64,000 nucleotides of DNA from assembly GCA_910578075.1 (NCBI GenBank), contig CAJTPK010000002.1, positions 46,479 through 110,478 on the forward strand. Reading direction: 5' to 3'. The stretch is from an uncultured Muribaculaceae bacterium (GTDB taxonomy: Bacteria; Bacteroidota; Bacteroidia; Bacteroidales; Muribaculaceae). The notes beneath the pieces are model-generated. The model was not told where the DNA came from. It saw only the letters and a list, made by a program, of their open reading frames with translations, and did no database searches. A program made the position numbers and the translations under genes. Below, in pieces: positions 18,478 to 27,524 of this stretch (the stretch's first letter is position 1; each line of letters starts with the position of its first letter).

Positions 18478-19890
18478 ATGAATCATGAGAATCGGAACAT
18501 AGAGCACAAGCGCATCTGGAAGGACGAATACCTGAAATGGGTATCCGGTTTTGCTAACGCGCAGGGTGGAAAGATTTATATTGGCATTGACGATGACTTA
18601 ACTATTGTTGGTGTAGAGAATCTCCATAAGCAGTTGGAGGATATTCCTAACAAGATTATCAACAATACAGGTGTATTTCCAGAGACCAATCATCTTACGA
18701 TGGAGGGCAAGGACGTTATTGAGATTGTTATCGAACCATGTGGAATGCCGATTTCTTATCGTGGCGTTTATTACTATCGTAGTGGTGCGACTAAACAAGA
18801 GTTTCGTGGGGCTGCTCTTCATCAGTTTCTTCTGAAAAAGATGGGATTGAATTGGGAAGACATTCCTTGTGATGGGTTTACGCTGGATGATATTGATGAC
18901 GGTGCGATTAATTATTTTTTGGATCACGCTATTGATGAGGGTCGAATGGATAACGAATCTCGTAAATCTGCCAAAGAAGATGTCCTATATAATTTAGGAC
19001 TTATTAAGGATGGAGTTCCAACAAACGGTGCAGTTCTGCTATTCGGAAAATATCCTCAACGCAGATTTGTAACCTCCAGTTTTAAGATTGGCAGGTTTGG
19101 TGCGGATGATGCAGACTTGTTAAGTCAAGACCAAATTGAAGGGAATCTTATTCAAATGACTGATAAGATAATGCAGGTGTTAAGCAGCAAGTATCTTATC
19201 CGTCCGATACATTATGAGGGATTGCAACGCAAAGAGCCATTGGAAATTCCTGAAGATGCTCTTCGTGAAATTATCTTCAATAGTATTGTACACAAACTCC
19301 AATTCGGCACATGGAATCAGATGAGTATCTACGATGACCATATTCGTTTATGGAATGAAGGTGTATTGCCTGAAGATTATACAGTAGAAACTCTAATGAG
19401 TAAGCACACATCCAAACCGCGTAATCCAAAGATGGCTCAGGTTTTCTACCGTGCCGGATTCATTGAGGCGTGGGGTCGCGGATACGAAAAGATAATGAAG
19501 GCTTTTGATAAAGCTAATCTTATGCGTCCGGAATTCACAGTTGAGCAGGGGGGTGTCACAGCCGTAATTTATCGTGAGATTTTCATGTCAATTAGAGGTG
19601 ATAAACACCCGATACAAACCGATATAAAATCGAACCAAAACTGGATCAAAACCGATACAGAATCGATACAGAACGATACAAAACCGATACAGAACCGAAC
19701 TAAATCTGAAGAGCGAACCATTATTTTAGGGGCAATCAAAAATAATCCGCTTATTACAATGGATGCTCTAAGTGATTTACTTAAGATAACTAAAAGTAGT
19801 GTCCAACGAAGATTAGATGCGCTTGTCAAAGAGGGGCGATTAAGACATATCGGACCGACAAAAGGAGGCTCTTGGGAAGTGATTGAATAA
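18478..19890 (+). CDS. AlbA_2/Schlafen-like divergent-AAA DNA-binding protein with C-terminal wHTH (often annotated 'RecG-like ATP-dependent DNA helicase domain')
   Basis: 470 aa. N-terminal NIEHKRIWKDEYLKWVSGFANAQGGKIYIGIDDD. A central HATPase_c_4-like region (NSIVHK...EAWGRGYEKI). A C-terminal HTH (KSSVQRRLDALVKEGRLRHIG). Confidence 0.65.
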   Translation: MNHENRNIEHKRIWKDEYLKWVSGFANAQGGKIYIGIDDDLTIVGVENLHKQLEDIPNKIINNTGVFPETNHLTMEGKDVIEIVIEPCGMPISYRGVYYYRSGATKQEFRGAALHQFLLKKMGLNWEDIPCDGFTLDDIDDGAINYFLDHAIDEGRMDNESRKSAKEDVLYNLGLIKDGVPTNGAVLLFGKYPQRRFVTSSFKIGRFGADDADLLSQDQIEGNLIQMTDKIMQVLSSKYLIRPIHYEGLQRKEPLEIPEDALREIIFNSIVHKLQFGTWNQMSIYDDHIRLWNEGVLPEDYTVETLMSKHTSKPRNPKMAQVFYRAGFIEAWGRGYEKIMKAFDKANLMRPEFTVEQGGVTAVIYREIFMSIRGDKHPIQTDIKSNQNWIKTDTESIQNDTKPIQNRTKSEERTIILGAIKNNPLITMDALSDLLKITKSSVQRRLDALVKEGRLRHIGPTKGGSWEVIE

Positions 19891-19967
19891 TCTTGAACTT
19901 GCTTCTTATAAATTATCTTACAACTCTTTTTGCACCTTGTGATAATAAGTTATAGTTAAAGGAAGAT

Positions 19968-20315
19968 ATGGATGATTTTTCTGAATTTATAAAAGGCATA
20001 AGACTTTCTTATGATAAAGAAAGCCCTATAAGGAAATTGGCTGATACAGTCTCTAAAGCAAATACTCTGCAAAAAGCCATTTATCTCAATGGAGAACGTG
20101 ACAGGCTGCAATCGGAATGCCGGCTATTGATATTGATGCAACAATTGTATCCGACTATTGATGTATCAGGGGATCTTAGATTTAGACAGGAGTTGCTAAA
20201 TCAATGCGTACAACTGCTCAATCAATTGGGGAGCGATGCCATTATCGATGAAACACAGGTAACAGTTGCTGACATTGGGCGAAAAAGATTAGAGGATGAA
20301 CGAAACCAATATTAG
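19968..20315 (+). CDS. Hypothetical protein (115 aa, predicted helical)
   Basis: Open frame with an ATG start. No motif recognised. Confidence 0.45.
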   Translation: MDDFSEFIKGIRLSYDKESPIRKLADTVSKANTLQKAIYLNGERDRLQSECRLLILMQQLYPTIDVSGDLRFRQELLNQCVQLLNQLGSDAIIDETQVTVADIGRKRLEDERNQY

Positions 20316-20340
20316 ACTTGCATTTTCTGCATTTTGAACG

Positions 20341-20904
20341 ATGGCACAGATCAACGATTTCCTTTCGCATATTGACTTTGAGGCGATGCGCGAGTATTGC
20401 ATGGCTAACGGCAAGACCGTCCGCTATGCAAAGGGAGATTGTTTTGCCGAAGTAGGACATGTCGGGAGATACGTTGGCTTCGTAAAATCGGGCTACTTCA
20501 AATATTGCGTACTGACATCAAAGGGCGATTATGCTGTCACGGGTTTTTCGTTTGCAGATGAATGTATTATGGATTTCACCCAGTCTTTTATCTTCGATAA
20601 GCCATCAAAAATTACAATAATCGCAGGTTGTGACTCCGAGGTCATGCAGGTTCCATTACGCACACTTCGTGATTTCATCACAAAGGATAATCCGGGTCTC
20701 ATACCTCACATGTCGGCAGTGGTCTTGGAAGAAGCGTATGGCCGTTATCTTCATCTCTATCAAAAATCGCCGACAGAGCGTTATCATGAACTTGTTGAAA
20801 AATATCCCGATGTCTTGAAGCAAGTAAAGCTTCGCGACATTGCCTCATATCTTCTCGTCTCGCCAATTCATCTTAGTCGCATCCGAAAGAAAATGGAAAA
20901 ATAG
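20341..20904 (+). CDS. Crp/Fnr-family transcriptional regulator
   Basis: 187 aa with a cNMP-binding-like beta-barrel and a C-terminal HTH (LRDIASYLLVSPIHLSRIRKK). Confidence 0.8.
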   Translation: MAQINDFLSHIDFEAMREYCMANGKTVRYAKGDCFAEVGHVGRYVGFVKSGYFKYCVLTSKGDYAVTGFSFADECIMDFTQSFIFDKPSKITIIAGCDSEVMQVPLRTLRDFITKDNPGLIPHMSAVVLEEAYGRYLHLYQKSPTERYHELVEKYPDVLKQVKLRDIASYLLVSPIHLSRIRKKMEK

Positions 20905-20984
20905 GATTAAGAAGTTGACTCTAAACATTTGTTTAGAGTTTTTATTTCTATTCACTGTAAATTTGTTGATTAAATCAGCAAAAG

Positions 20985-21671
20985 ATGAATATACTTATTA
21001 TAGGAGCGACCTCTGGAATTGGATATGAGTTGTGGAAGCATTATACCACGACTGGTAATACAGTTGCCATTACAGGACGACGGAATGAACTCCTGCAAAA
21101 ACAGATTAAAGACAACCCGGACAATACTGTTGCCTTTCAGTGTGATATTGCCGACTTGTCTTCGTTTGATTTTATGCTGAAAAACGTAATGTCAAAATTC
21201 GGGCATCTGGATTTGGCAATAATTTGTGCCGGAGTTGGAGAACTCAATCCAGAACTGGAATTATCAACTGAACTTGCAACCATTTCAGTAAATGTGAATG
21301 GATGGACTAACGCGGCTGATTTAATTTACAAAATCTTCGAGAATCAAAAATCAGGGCATCTTGTTGCAATAACTTCCGTTGGAGGATTACAACCTACGCC
21401 GATAGCTCCGTCTTATAGCGCATCGAAAGCTTTTCAGATAAACTATATCAAATCACTCCAGCAGAAGTCAAAGGGAACATCTCTTGTCGTTACTGAGATT
21501 CGCCCCGGACTTGTAAAGACACGAATGGCAAAGGGGGATGGGCTGTTTTGGGTAATGCCTTTGGATAGGGTCGTAAAGGAAATAGTAAAAGCAATCAACA
21601 AGAATAGAAGGCTTAAAATTGTTACCACTCGTTGGCGTATCATCAACTTTTTGCTTAAACATTTTGTGTAA
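20985..21671 (+). CDS. Short-chain dehydrogenase/reductase (SDR)
   Basis: IIGATSGIG (TGxxxGxG) and the catalytic YSASK. Confidence 0.85.
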   Translation: MNILIIGATSGIGYELWKHYTTTGNTVAITGRRNELLQKQIKDNPDNTVAFQCDIADLSSFDFMLKNVMSKFGHLDLAIICAGVGELNPELELSTELATISVNVNGWTNAADLIYKIFENQKSGHLVAITSVGGLQPTPIAPSYSASKAFQINYIKSLQQKSKGTSLVVTEIRPGLVKTRMAKGDGLFWVMPLDRVVKEIVKAINKNRRLKIVTTRWRIINFLLKHFV

Positions 21672-21696
21672 GTCGGAAACAGTTTTAGTTTCGATA

Positions 21697-21938
21697 ATAT
21701 TCATAAATCGGCATCTGTCAGGATATAACGGCGATTTTTATACGTGCAACCCACCCTAATGTCAAATATTCTTATTAACTTTGCGATAGGCTCTTATGAC
21801 AATCCGACAGAAATGCCTCCCGACCGAGCAAAAATAATTGGCATCTCCCGTCATCGCCTCTCCACCGACGGCGATGGTGTCACCACGCTTGTCGCTTTCC
21901 ACGGATGTCCGCTCCGCTGCCGTTACTGCCTCAATCCA
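21697..21938 (+). repeat. Direct repeat copy 1 (promoter plus 5' UTR plus first ~35-40 codons of the radical SAM gene)
   Basis: Near-identical to 29730-29971 (offset 8033 bp). There is one mismatch up to 21917, then partial similarity. Confidence 0.9.
21776..21783 (+). promoter_or_regulatory. Bacteroidetes-type -7 promoter box (TAACTTTG) inside the repeat
   Basis: The context cttattaactttgcg is the same extended context as the boxes upstream of etfB and the B12 riboswitch. It lies 30 nt upstream of the ATG at 21813. Confidence 0.5.
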
Positions 21939-22436
21939 CAATCGCTCGGCGACAGTAACCGTTTCAAGGAATACACTCCGCAGTCACTTTACGATGAAGT
22001 CAGAATTGATGAACTTTATTTCATCGCCACCAACGGTGGTGTGACTTTCGGCGGTGGAGAACCTGCATTACGACCTGATTTTATCCGCCGTTTCCGTGAG
22101 TTGTGTGGCCCGTCATGGAGACTGACATTAGAAACATCGCTGAATGTGCCGCAAGAAAATATTGAGGCTCTACTCCCGGCGGTAGATTCATGGATTATCG
22201 ACATCAAGGATATGGATGCGAACATTTATCGTCAATACACGGATAAGGATAATCCGCATGTGCTGTCCAATTTGCGCTTAATTGCTAAGGCTGACCGTCA
22301 GAAAGACTGCATGATACGGCTACCTCTTATCCCGGACTATAATACCGACACCGCCCGCGAGGTAAGCCGCAAGGCTCTCTCCGCACTTGGCTACTCCAAA
22401 TTCGATCTATTCACCTATCAAATCCGTAAACACTGA
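21813..22436 (+). CDS. Radical SAM enzyme, glycyl-radical-enzyme-activase-like (PflA/NrdG-like)
   Basis: STDGDGVTTLVAFHGCPLRCRYCLNPQS carries the CX3CX2C cluster motif in a PflA-like context. GGGEP follows downstream. The track start at 21744 is a GTG upstream of the promoter box, so I prefer the ATG at 21813. Confidence 0.8.
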   Translation: MPPDRAKIIGISRHRLSTDGDGVTTLVAFHGCPLRCRYCLNPQSLGDSNRFKEYTPQSLYDEVRIDELYFIATNGGVTFGGGEPALRPDFIRRFRELCGPSWRLTLETSLNVPQENIEALLPAVDSWIIDIKDMDANIYRQYTDKDNPHVLSNLRLIAKADRQKDCMIRLPLIPDYNTDTAREVSRKALSALGYSKFDLFTYQIRKH

Positions 22437-22438
22437 TT

Positions 22439-23230
22439 ATGGCACGAGGAAAGCAGACTTGCAAGATATTGAAGGAGATTCGTCGGCAGATAGCCGAAGC
22501 GAATGACATAGAGTTTGTAACGTCGGAGTGTCCCTACAAAGGTGATTGTCTCGGAACGTGTCCGAAATGCGAAGCCGAGGTGCGATATTTAGAGCAACAA
22601 CTTTGTAAGCGACAACTGATGGGTAAAGCCGTTGTGCTTGCCGGATTATCGGCCGGTATGATTGCATTATCAGGCTGCGGCAGTTCCTCAAGTCAGGCCA
22701 ACGACAGTTATAGCCTACAAGGTGAGCCTACGGAGTTGCTTGAGGGTGATGATGAATGGAATGTTGAAGGCGAATTGCCGGTGCAAGAAGTAATAGATTC
22801 AATTAGAGAAGCGGTGATGATGAAAGAGGGAGAGGTAGCCAATATTTCTGATGTTATTGTCACGCAGGGTGAAATGCCGGATGAATTACCTAAAAATCCA
22901 GATGACAGGGATATTTATAACTGTGTTGAACAAATGCCTGAATTTCCGGGAGGTAATGTTGCGATGTTGAATTTTATTGCCAAAAACTTGAAATATCCCA
23001 AAGAACAGTTGGACGCAGGTATTCAAGGAAGAGTTGTCATAAAATTCTATGTTGACACCTTTGGTAATGTTTGTGAGCCAAAGATTGTAAGAGGTAAGGA
23101 CTCTGCATTAGATAGAGAGGCTATCCGTCTTGTCAAATCTTTTCCTCAATTTAGTCCTGGAACACTTAACGGCAGGAAAGTCAATGTATGGTTTACGTTA
23201 CCCATAGTTTTCAAATTACCAGCAGAATAA
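22439..23230 (+). CDS. Membrane protein: five-Cys N-terminal cytoplasmic module, a TM/lipobox-like segment, and a TonB C-terminal domain
   Basis: N-terminus MARGKQTCKILKEIRRQIAEANDIEFVTSECPYKGDCLGTCPKCEAEVRYLEQQL. Hydrophobic AVVLAGLSAGMIALSGC. C-terminus EQMPEFPGG...GIQGRVVIKFYVDTFGNV...RKVNVWFTLPIVF (TonB_C-like). Confidence 0.75.
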   Translation: MARGKQTCKILKEIRRQIAEANDIEFVTSECPYKGDCLGTCPKCEAEVRYLEQQLCKRQLMGKAVVLAGLSAGMIALSGCGSSSSQANDSYSLQGEPTELLEGDDEWNVEGELPVQEVIDSIREAVMMKEGEVANISDVIVTQGEMPDELPKNPDDRDIYNCVEQMPEFPGGNVAMLNFIAKNLKYPKEQLDAGIQGRVVIKFYVDTFGNVCEPKIVRGKDSALDREAIRLVKSFPQFSPGTLNGRKVNVWFTLPIVFKLPAE

Positions 23231-23233
23231 AAT

Positions 23234-24175
23234 ATGGCACGAGGGAAGCAGACCTGCAAGATATTGAAAGAGATTCGTCGGCAGATAGCCGAGGCGAATG
23301 ACATAGAGTTTGTAACGTCGGAGTGTCGTTACAAAGGTGACTGTCTCGGAACCTGTCCGAAATGCGAAGCCGAGGTGCGATATTTGGAGCAACAGCTCCG
23401 CTCCCGTCAACTCATGGGTAAAGCCGTTGTGCTTGCTGGATTATCGGCAGGCGCAATAGCCATGCTTGCTCCTATTGCCGTGCAATCCCAAACTCCCGAC
23501 ACATCTTTGACAAAGGGTTATGTTGCTACTCAGGCAATGGCCGATACTGTCATGGTCAAAGGAGTTGTCCTTGATGGCGATACCTTAAAAGACGGCACTA
23601 TATCAAGAGAGCCTCTGGTAGGTGCTCCAATTATAAATCCACGAACAGGAATTGGTACCTGTTCAAATATTGATGGCAATTTTCAGATAGAGGTTTGCAA
23701 AGGCGACTCTTTGGAAATATCGTATATAGGGTATAATAAACAAAGAGTAATGGTTTTGGATGATACCCCTTTAGAAATAATATTAAATAGTGACGGATTG
23801 CGACTTACCGGAGATGTAGTAGTAATTGGTGCCATATCCGCCCCCGTTGACCGGGAGAATATGCTTGATTTGCATATTCTTGATGAAAATAAAAAGCCAA
23901 TCCCATATGAAGTTGTCACGATAGAACGTGTATATCTTGATGAAGATGGTGAGGAAGATTCTGACTTTCTTGACCCGGTATGGATTGAGGAAAAGGAAGT
24001 ATTCCGTTTTTATTGGAATGAGGATTCTGATTTTCAAGATGAAGATGGCAAGCCACTGAAAGAAGCAATATTGCGTATAGAGGTTGACGGTTACGACAAT
24101 CCCAAAACAATAAAAGTCAAATATCCCAAACGCAACACAAAGAAAACCATCAAGTTCAAACACAAAAGTGAATAA
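23234..24175 (+). CDS. Paralogous membrane protein: same five-Cys N-terminal module, a TM segment, and a CarboxypepD_reg-like domain
   Basis: The first ~215 nt are about 90% identical to 22439-22655. Downstream is VKGVVLDGDT...NIDGNFQIEVCKGDSLEISYIGYNKQRV. Confidence 0.7.
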   Translation: MARGKQTCKILKEIRRQIAEANDIEFVTSECRYKGDCLGTCPKCEAEVRYLEQQLRSRQLMGKAVVLAGLSAGAIAMLAPIAVQSQTPDTSLTKGYVATQAMADTVMVKGVVLDGDTLKDGTISREPLVGAPIINPRTGIGTCSNIDGNFQIEVCKGDSLEISYIGYNKQRVMVLDDTPLEIILNSDGLRLTGDVVVIGAISAPVDRENMLDLHILDENKKPIPYEVVTIERVYLDEDGEEDSDFLDPVWIEEKEVFRFYWNEDSDFQDEDGKPLKEAILRIEVDGYDNPKTIKVKYPKRNTKKTIKFKHKSE

Positions 24176-24180
24176 AAACC

Positions 24181-25353
24181 ATGAAGCTAAATAAATACAT
24201 ATCTTTTTATGCAACTCTGTTGATGTGTTTGATTTTAAATCTATCATCCTGCACAGTTGGCTATAAAAACGATGGCAAGGAAGTGACATGGCATACTTGG
24301 AATGAAGGGAGTGGGCATAACTCACGCAAAGTTGCCGCAGATCCCAACTCGTTTGAGGCTCTTGACGATGATTATGGACGCGATGCAGTACATGCTTTTT
24401 ATGAAGGAGATATCATTGAGGGTGCCGATGGAAGTTCATTCAAAACATTAGGAAATTGGTATGCATCCGATGATAAGCATGTCTATATTTCGGGGAATTT
24501 GATTAACGGAGCTGATGCCACCTCATTCAAAGTCCATCGCTACCGTTTAGGAGAAGACAAGAATGATTTTTACAATGATACCACCGCTCTCAATGTCAGG
24601 GACAAGGTTACTTTTGAAATCCTGAAATATTCATCGGGTAAAGAATCCAGTTATGCAAAGGATAAGTATAACGGATATTACATGAATGGCACTGTTATAC
24701 CGGATATTGATTATCATACATTTCATCCAGTCGATGTAGAATCATGGCAAGACCGTTGCTATGCCGCTGATAAAAATAAGGTCTACTATTATGGAGAAGT
24801 TGTGCCAATGGCTGACCCGGCGACATTCAAGGTCGTAGATTTTGCAATAGGTCAAGACAAGAACCGGGCCTATAAAGGCAAGGAGCCTACTCAAATAAAG
24901 GACTATACTAAATTAGAGAAGGTTGGGCCTGTTATGTACAATGACGGAACCAATATATATGACCTTAATTTCAAAATACTTCCGGATGTTGATGTCGCAA
25001 CATTCGAGCATATTGAGGATAATTGGTATAAAGACAAAAATAAGGTTTGGTGGATGTCTAAGCCTCTGCCGGGAGCAAATCCTCAAACCTTTATGCCTGT
25101 TGAAGTCTCATCATATAAATCTATATCTGGCAAAAAAGACCCATTCAGTGGAGGAGATTTCAACTTTGGAAAGGATGACAAATATGTTTTTTATCAAGAT
25201 TCAATTATTGTCGGAGCTGACCCTATGAGCTTTGAAAAGATTGATTTTCATGACGGAGATAGCTGGACCGTGTTTGACAAAAACAAAGTATATCAAGGGA
25301 AAGATTCTCCAAACAGGAGAAAGTATCTCAAAAAGAAATATGGTAAGCTATGA
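24181..25353 (+). CDS. DKNYY-repeat family protein (secreted or lipoprotein)
   Basis: Signal/lipobox-like LNLSSC. Repeated D(D/K)K(N/H)(K)VYY-type motifs (DDKHVYISG, DKNKVYYYGE, DKNKVWWMSK, DDKYVFYQD, DKNKVYQGK). Confidence 0.65.
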   Translation: MKLNKYISFYATLLMCLILNLSSCTVGYKNDGKEVTWHTWNEGSGHNSRKVAADPNSFEALDDDYGRDAVHAFYEGDIIEGADGSSFKTLGNWYASDDKHVYISGNLINGADATSFKVHRYRLGEDKNDFYNDTTALNVRDKVTFEILKYSSGKESSYAKDKYNGYYMNGTVIPDIDYHTFHPVDVESWQDRCYAADKNKVYYYGEVVPMADPATFKVVDFAIGQDKNRAYKGKEPTQIKDYTKLEKVGPVMYNDGTNIYDLNFKILPDVDVATFEHIEDNWYKDKNKVWWMSKPLPGANPQTFMPVEVSSYKSISGKKDPFSGGDFNFGKDDKYVFYQDSIIVGADPMSFEKIDFHDGDSWTVFDKNKVYQGKDSPNRRKYLKKKYGKL

Positions 25354-26150
25354 AAACCGTAAATGACAATGGTTTTAATCAGTCCATGAACAAGAAATCG
25401 GCTTTTCTGCGGTTCATGCGATATGTAGCTGTGGCATTAGTCTCAGTGACATTATTGTGTGTATTTATACTTAGTATTGGATTGGACGGATTCGATTTGG
25501 ATTTAGCTCTGTTTGCCTTTATTCTAATCTTTTCCAGCCTGTCTTTCATAACATTACCTATTATTGGATTTTGGATATATTCATTTGTCAAAGCCTTTAG
25601 ACGTCGAACAAAAACGGATAAGATTCTTCTGGGGTTCCACATTGTGGATCTGCTCCTGCTGGGAATAATTATATATCTTGCAAACCAACCACATCAGAAA
25701 TGTGATGCTGATATAATGGCTGAATATTATGAAGGTGAAAATGGGTTTTGGATGAGGAATATTGCTACCCGTTATCACAATATTCTCCCTGACAGCACTC
25801 GATTATGTTATGAGATTGATTATGAAAAATCTTACCCCTATGTTTTAAGCGAAGAGGATACAAAGAGGTTGAAAAGAGAGTTGAAAGATTGCGGTTGCAT
25901 AGGTATAGATATTGACAACTACTCCAGCAAAGGGTATTCAACTATCCGATTCCGGCGGATTGGAATGGGGATGTATTCTTACCGCTTCTACGATAAGCCC
26001 TTAACACTCCATGAGCAAGACAGCATCAATAATAACGAGTGCTTTATAGTCTATAATGATTCAACTGTGTTTGAATTTGGTGGTGGTGTCTTTGGAGTAC
26101 AGCACTTTGTCGGAAAAGAAGAATTTAGGGAAAAGTTACACAACTCATAA
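25350..26150 (+). CDS. Hypothetical membrane protein (3 TM plus soluble C-terminal domain)
   Basis: ATGA overlap with the upstream gene. Hydrophobic segments in residues ~25-110. Confidence 0.6.
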   Translation: MKTVNDNGFNQSMNKKSAFLRFMRYVAVALVSVTLLCVFILSIGLDGFDLDLALFAFILIFSSLSFITLPIIGFWIYSFVKAFRRRTKTDKILLGFHIVDLLLLGIIIYLANQPHQKCDADIMAEYYEGENGFWMRNIATRYHNILPDSTRLCYEIDYEKSYPYVLSEEDTKRLKRELKDCGCIGIDIDNYSSKGYSTIRFRRIGMGMYSYRFYDKPLTLHEQDSINNNECFIVYNDSTVFEFGGGVFGVQHFVGKEEFREKLHNS

Positions 26151-26162
26151 ATGGATTAGACA

Positions 26163-26339
26163 ATGGATAACATTGGCAAGCAACTGGCATCTGTGATAAT
26201 CGTATTCTGTGGTATGTTTACGACGATATTTTGCTTTGACTCTCCAAATATGATTACAAATCTGATATTGGTCTGCTCAATCATTTTAATATGCGGCGGC
26301 TTACTTTGGCTGCTTTGGCGGAAAGTAGGTAAGCGATGA
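26163..26339 (+). CDS. Unlisted 58-aa two-TM small protein
   Basis: MDNIGKQLASVIIVFCGMFTTIFCFDSPNMITNLILVCSIILICGGLLWLLWRKVGKR. The stop overlaps the next ATG (ATGA). It falls below the ORF-track length cutoff. Confidence 0.5.
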   Translation: MDNIGKQLASVIIVFCGMFTTIFCFDSPNMITNLILVCSIILICGGLLWLLWRKVGKR

Positions 26340-26635
26340 AACAGCTATACAAAATCAAATGGCTTATAATTGTCTTATCTGGAATAATGTGGGTTGTTTC
26401 ATTCGCAATATTATTTGCCGGAGGGACGGCTATACAAAACAGGATTGCGTTGGCTATAAATCTTGTCATGATTGTATTTCAGATAATGAATTGCTATCGG
26501 GCATTTGTTGTCAATCAGAAAGATGCCGCTATTGCACTTATCGTTTGCCTTCTAATCATACTTATGTTGATGTGGGCGACATATATCTGGGGTTGGAATT
26601 ATACAGTTAAGGCATTAACTATCGGATTTGAATAG
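26336..26635 (+). CDS. Hypothetical small membrane protein (99 aa, ~3 TM)
   Basis: Coupled start. Almost entirely hydrophobic helices. Confidence 0.6.
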   Translation: MKQLYKIKWLIIVLSGIMWVVSFAILFAGGTAIQNRIALAINLVMIVFQIMNCYRAFVVNQKDAAIALIVCLLIILMLMWATYIWGWNYTVKALTIGFE

Positions 26636-26636
26636 C

Positions 26637-26966
26637 ATGAAGGATAAGACGATAAACAATATTATACAAGCATGGTGGAATATTCAAATATTGGTATTCA
26701 TAACCCTGTTTATTCTTGCACCATATCGACCATTCCCGTTGTGGTGTATGATTTGCGCGTGTAGTCTTTTAGTAGTCTGTGCAAATTTAAGATTTCACCG
26801 CAGTTTATATGGCACTTTATCAAAGATTGTCCTTGTGTTATACACTATATCCTATGTTATTGTTGCCTTTATGTTTATCGGTGTTGCATCGCCTAAAATA
26901 TTGCTCGCCATTGTGATTGCTGTTGTAGGGCTAATAAATGTCTTGTGCTGTCTTAAATGGAACTGA
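26637..26966 (+). CDS. Hypothetical small membrane protein (~109 aa, 3 TM)
   Basis: The track start at 26628 is TTG. The ATG at 26637 lies 1 nt after the upstream stop. Confidence 0.6.
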   Translation: MKDKTINNIIQAWWNIQILVFITLFILAPYRPFPLWCMICACSLLVVCANLRFHRSLYGTLSKIVLVLYTISYVIVAFMFIGVASPKILLAIVIAVVGLINVLCCLKWN

Positions 26967-26973
26967 ATATGCT

Positions 26974-27522
26974 ATGGATAAGGTACACTTGATTATAAAA
27001 TGGCTATTTTATCTACTTGCCGCATTAGTGGTTATTGATTTATGGTGTATTGCCATATCAATAGTTTTTACTCTTGTCGGTATGAATGAAAAGTGCTTCC
27101 TGTTAGTCAAGATATTTTCAGCCATTCTCCCTGCTCTGATAATTTGGTCATACGCAGCTTTGTATATTATCATGTATCGAAGAACGGAATATGAAGATAT
27201 TATCTCGGTTGTATGGTCAAAAAGAATTAGGCTTATAATATGGTTGACATTTGGGTATTACAACACCTATCTTCTATCTCTATATTTCGTGAGATTCAGA
27301 TACTCACAGTATGAATTGTTGCAATATCGTGTAAATGTGATATATTCCGTCTTGTCAATGATCCCTATTCTGAATTTAATAGTATATTGGAGAGCAATTC
27401 ATGAATCTGAGATTCGATTATCGTTTATACAAGCTATAACCTTGTATTTTAAGGGAGAACTCATGTCGTATTTGATTAAGGAGAATTACTCACATCTTCT
27501 ACATCGTATAGAAAGCCAATAA
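26974..27522 (+). CDS. Hypothetical membrane protein (~182 aa, 5 TM)
   Basis: I prefer the start MDKVHLIIKWLFYLLAALVVIDLW because the duplicated fragment at 34006 begins at the equivalent ATG. Confidence 0.6.
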   Translation: MDKVHLIIKWLFYLLAALVVIDLWCIAISIVFTLVGMNEKCFLLVKIFSAILPALIIWSYAALYIIMYRRTEYEDIISVVWSKRIRLIIWLTFGYYNTYLLSLYFVRFRYSQYELLQYRVNVIYSVLSMIPILNLIVYWRAIHESEIRLSFIQAITLYFKGELMSYLIKENYSHLLHRIESQ

Positions 27523-27524
27523 AT

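Noticed and set aside
19600-19700. Degenerate short repeats (ccgatacaRaaC) as an independent repeat feature.
   Set aside because: They lie in-frame within the AlbA_2-like CDS and encode a low-complexity linker. They are noted under that gene instead.
20316-20332. The 15-nt string tgcattttctgcatt occurs upstream of the Crp-like gene and again at 29629-29645 upstream of the second promoter copy. It could be a shared operator.
   Set aside because: A single 15-nt AT-rich match is roughly what chance would produce in a 64-kb window searched on both strands. There is no dyad symmetry typical of Crp/Fnr sites.
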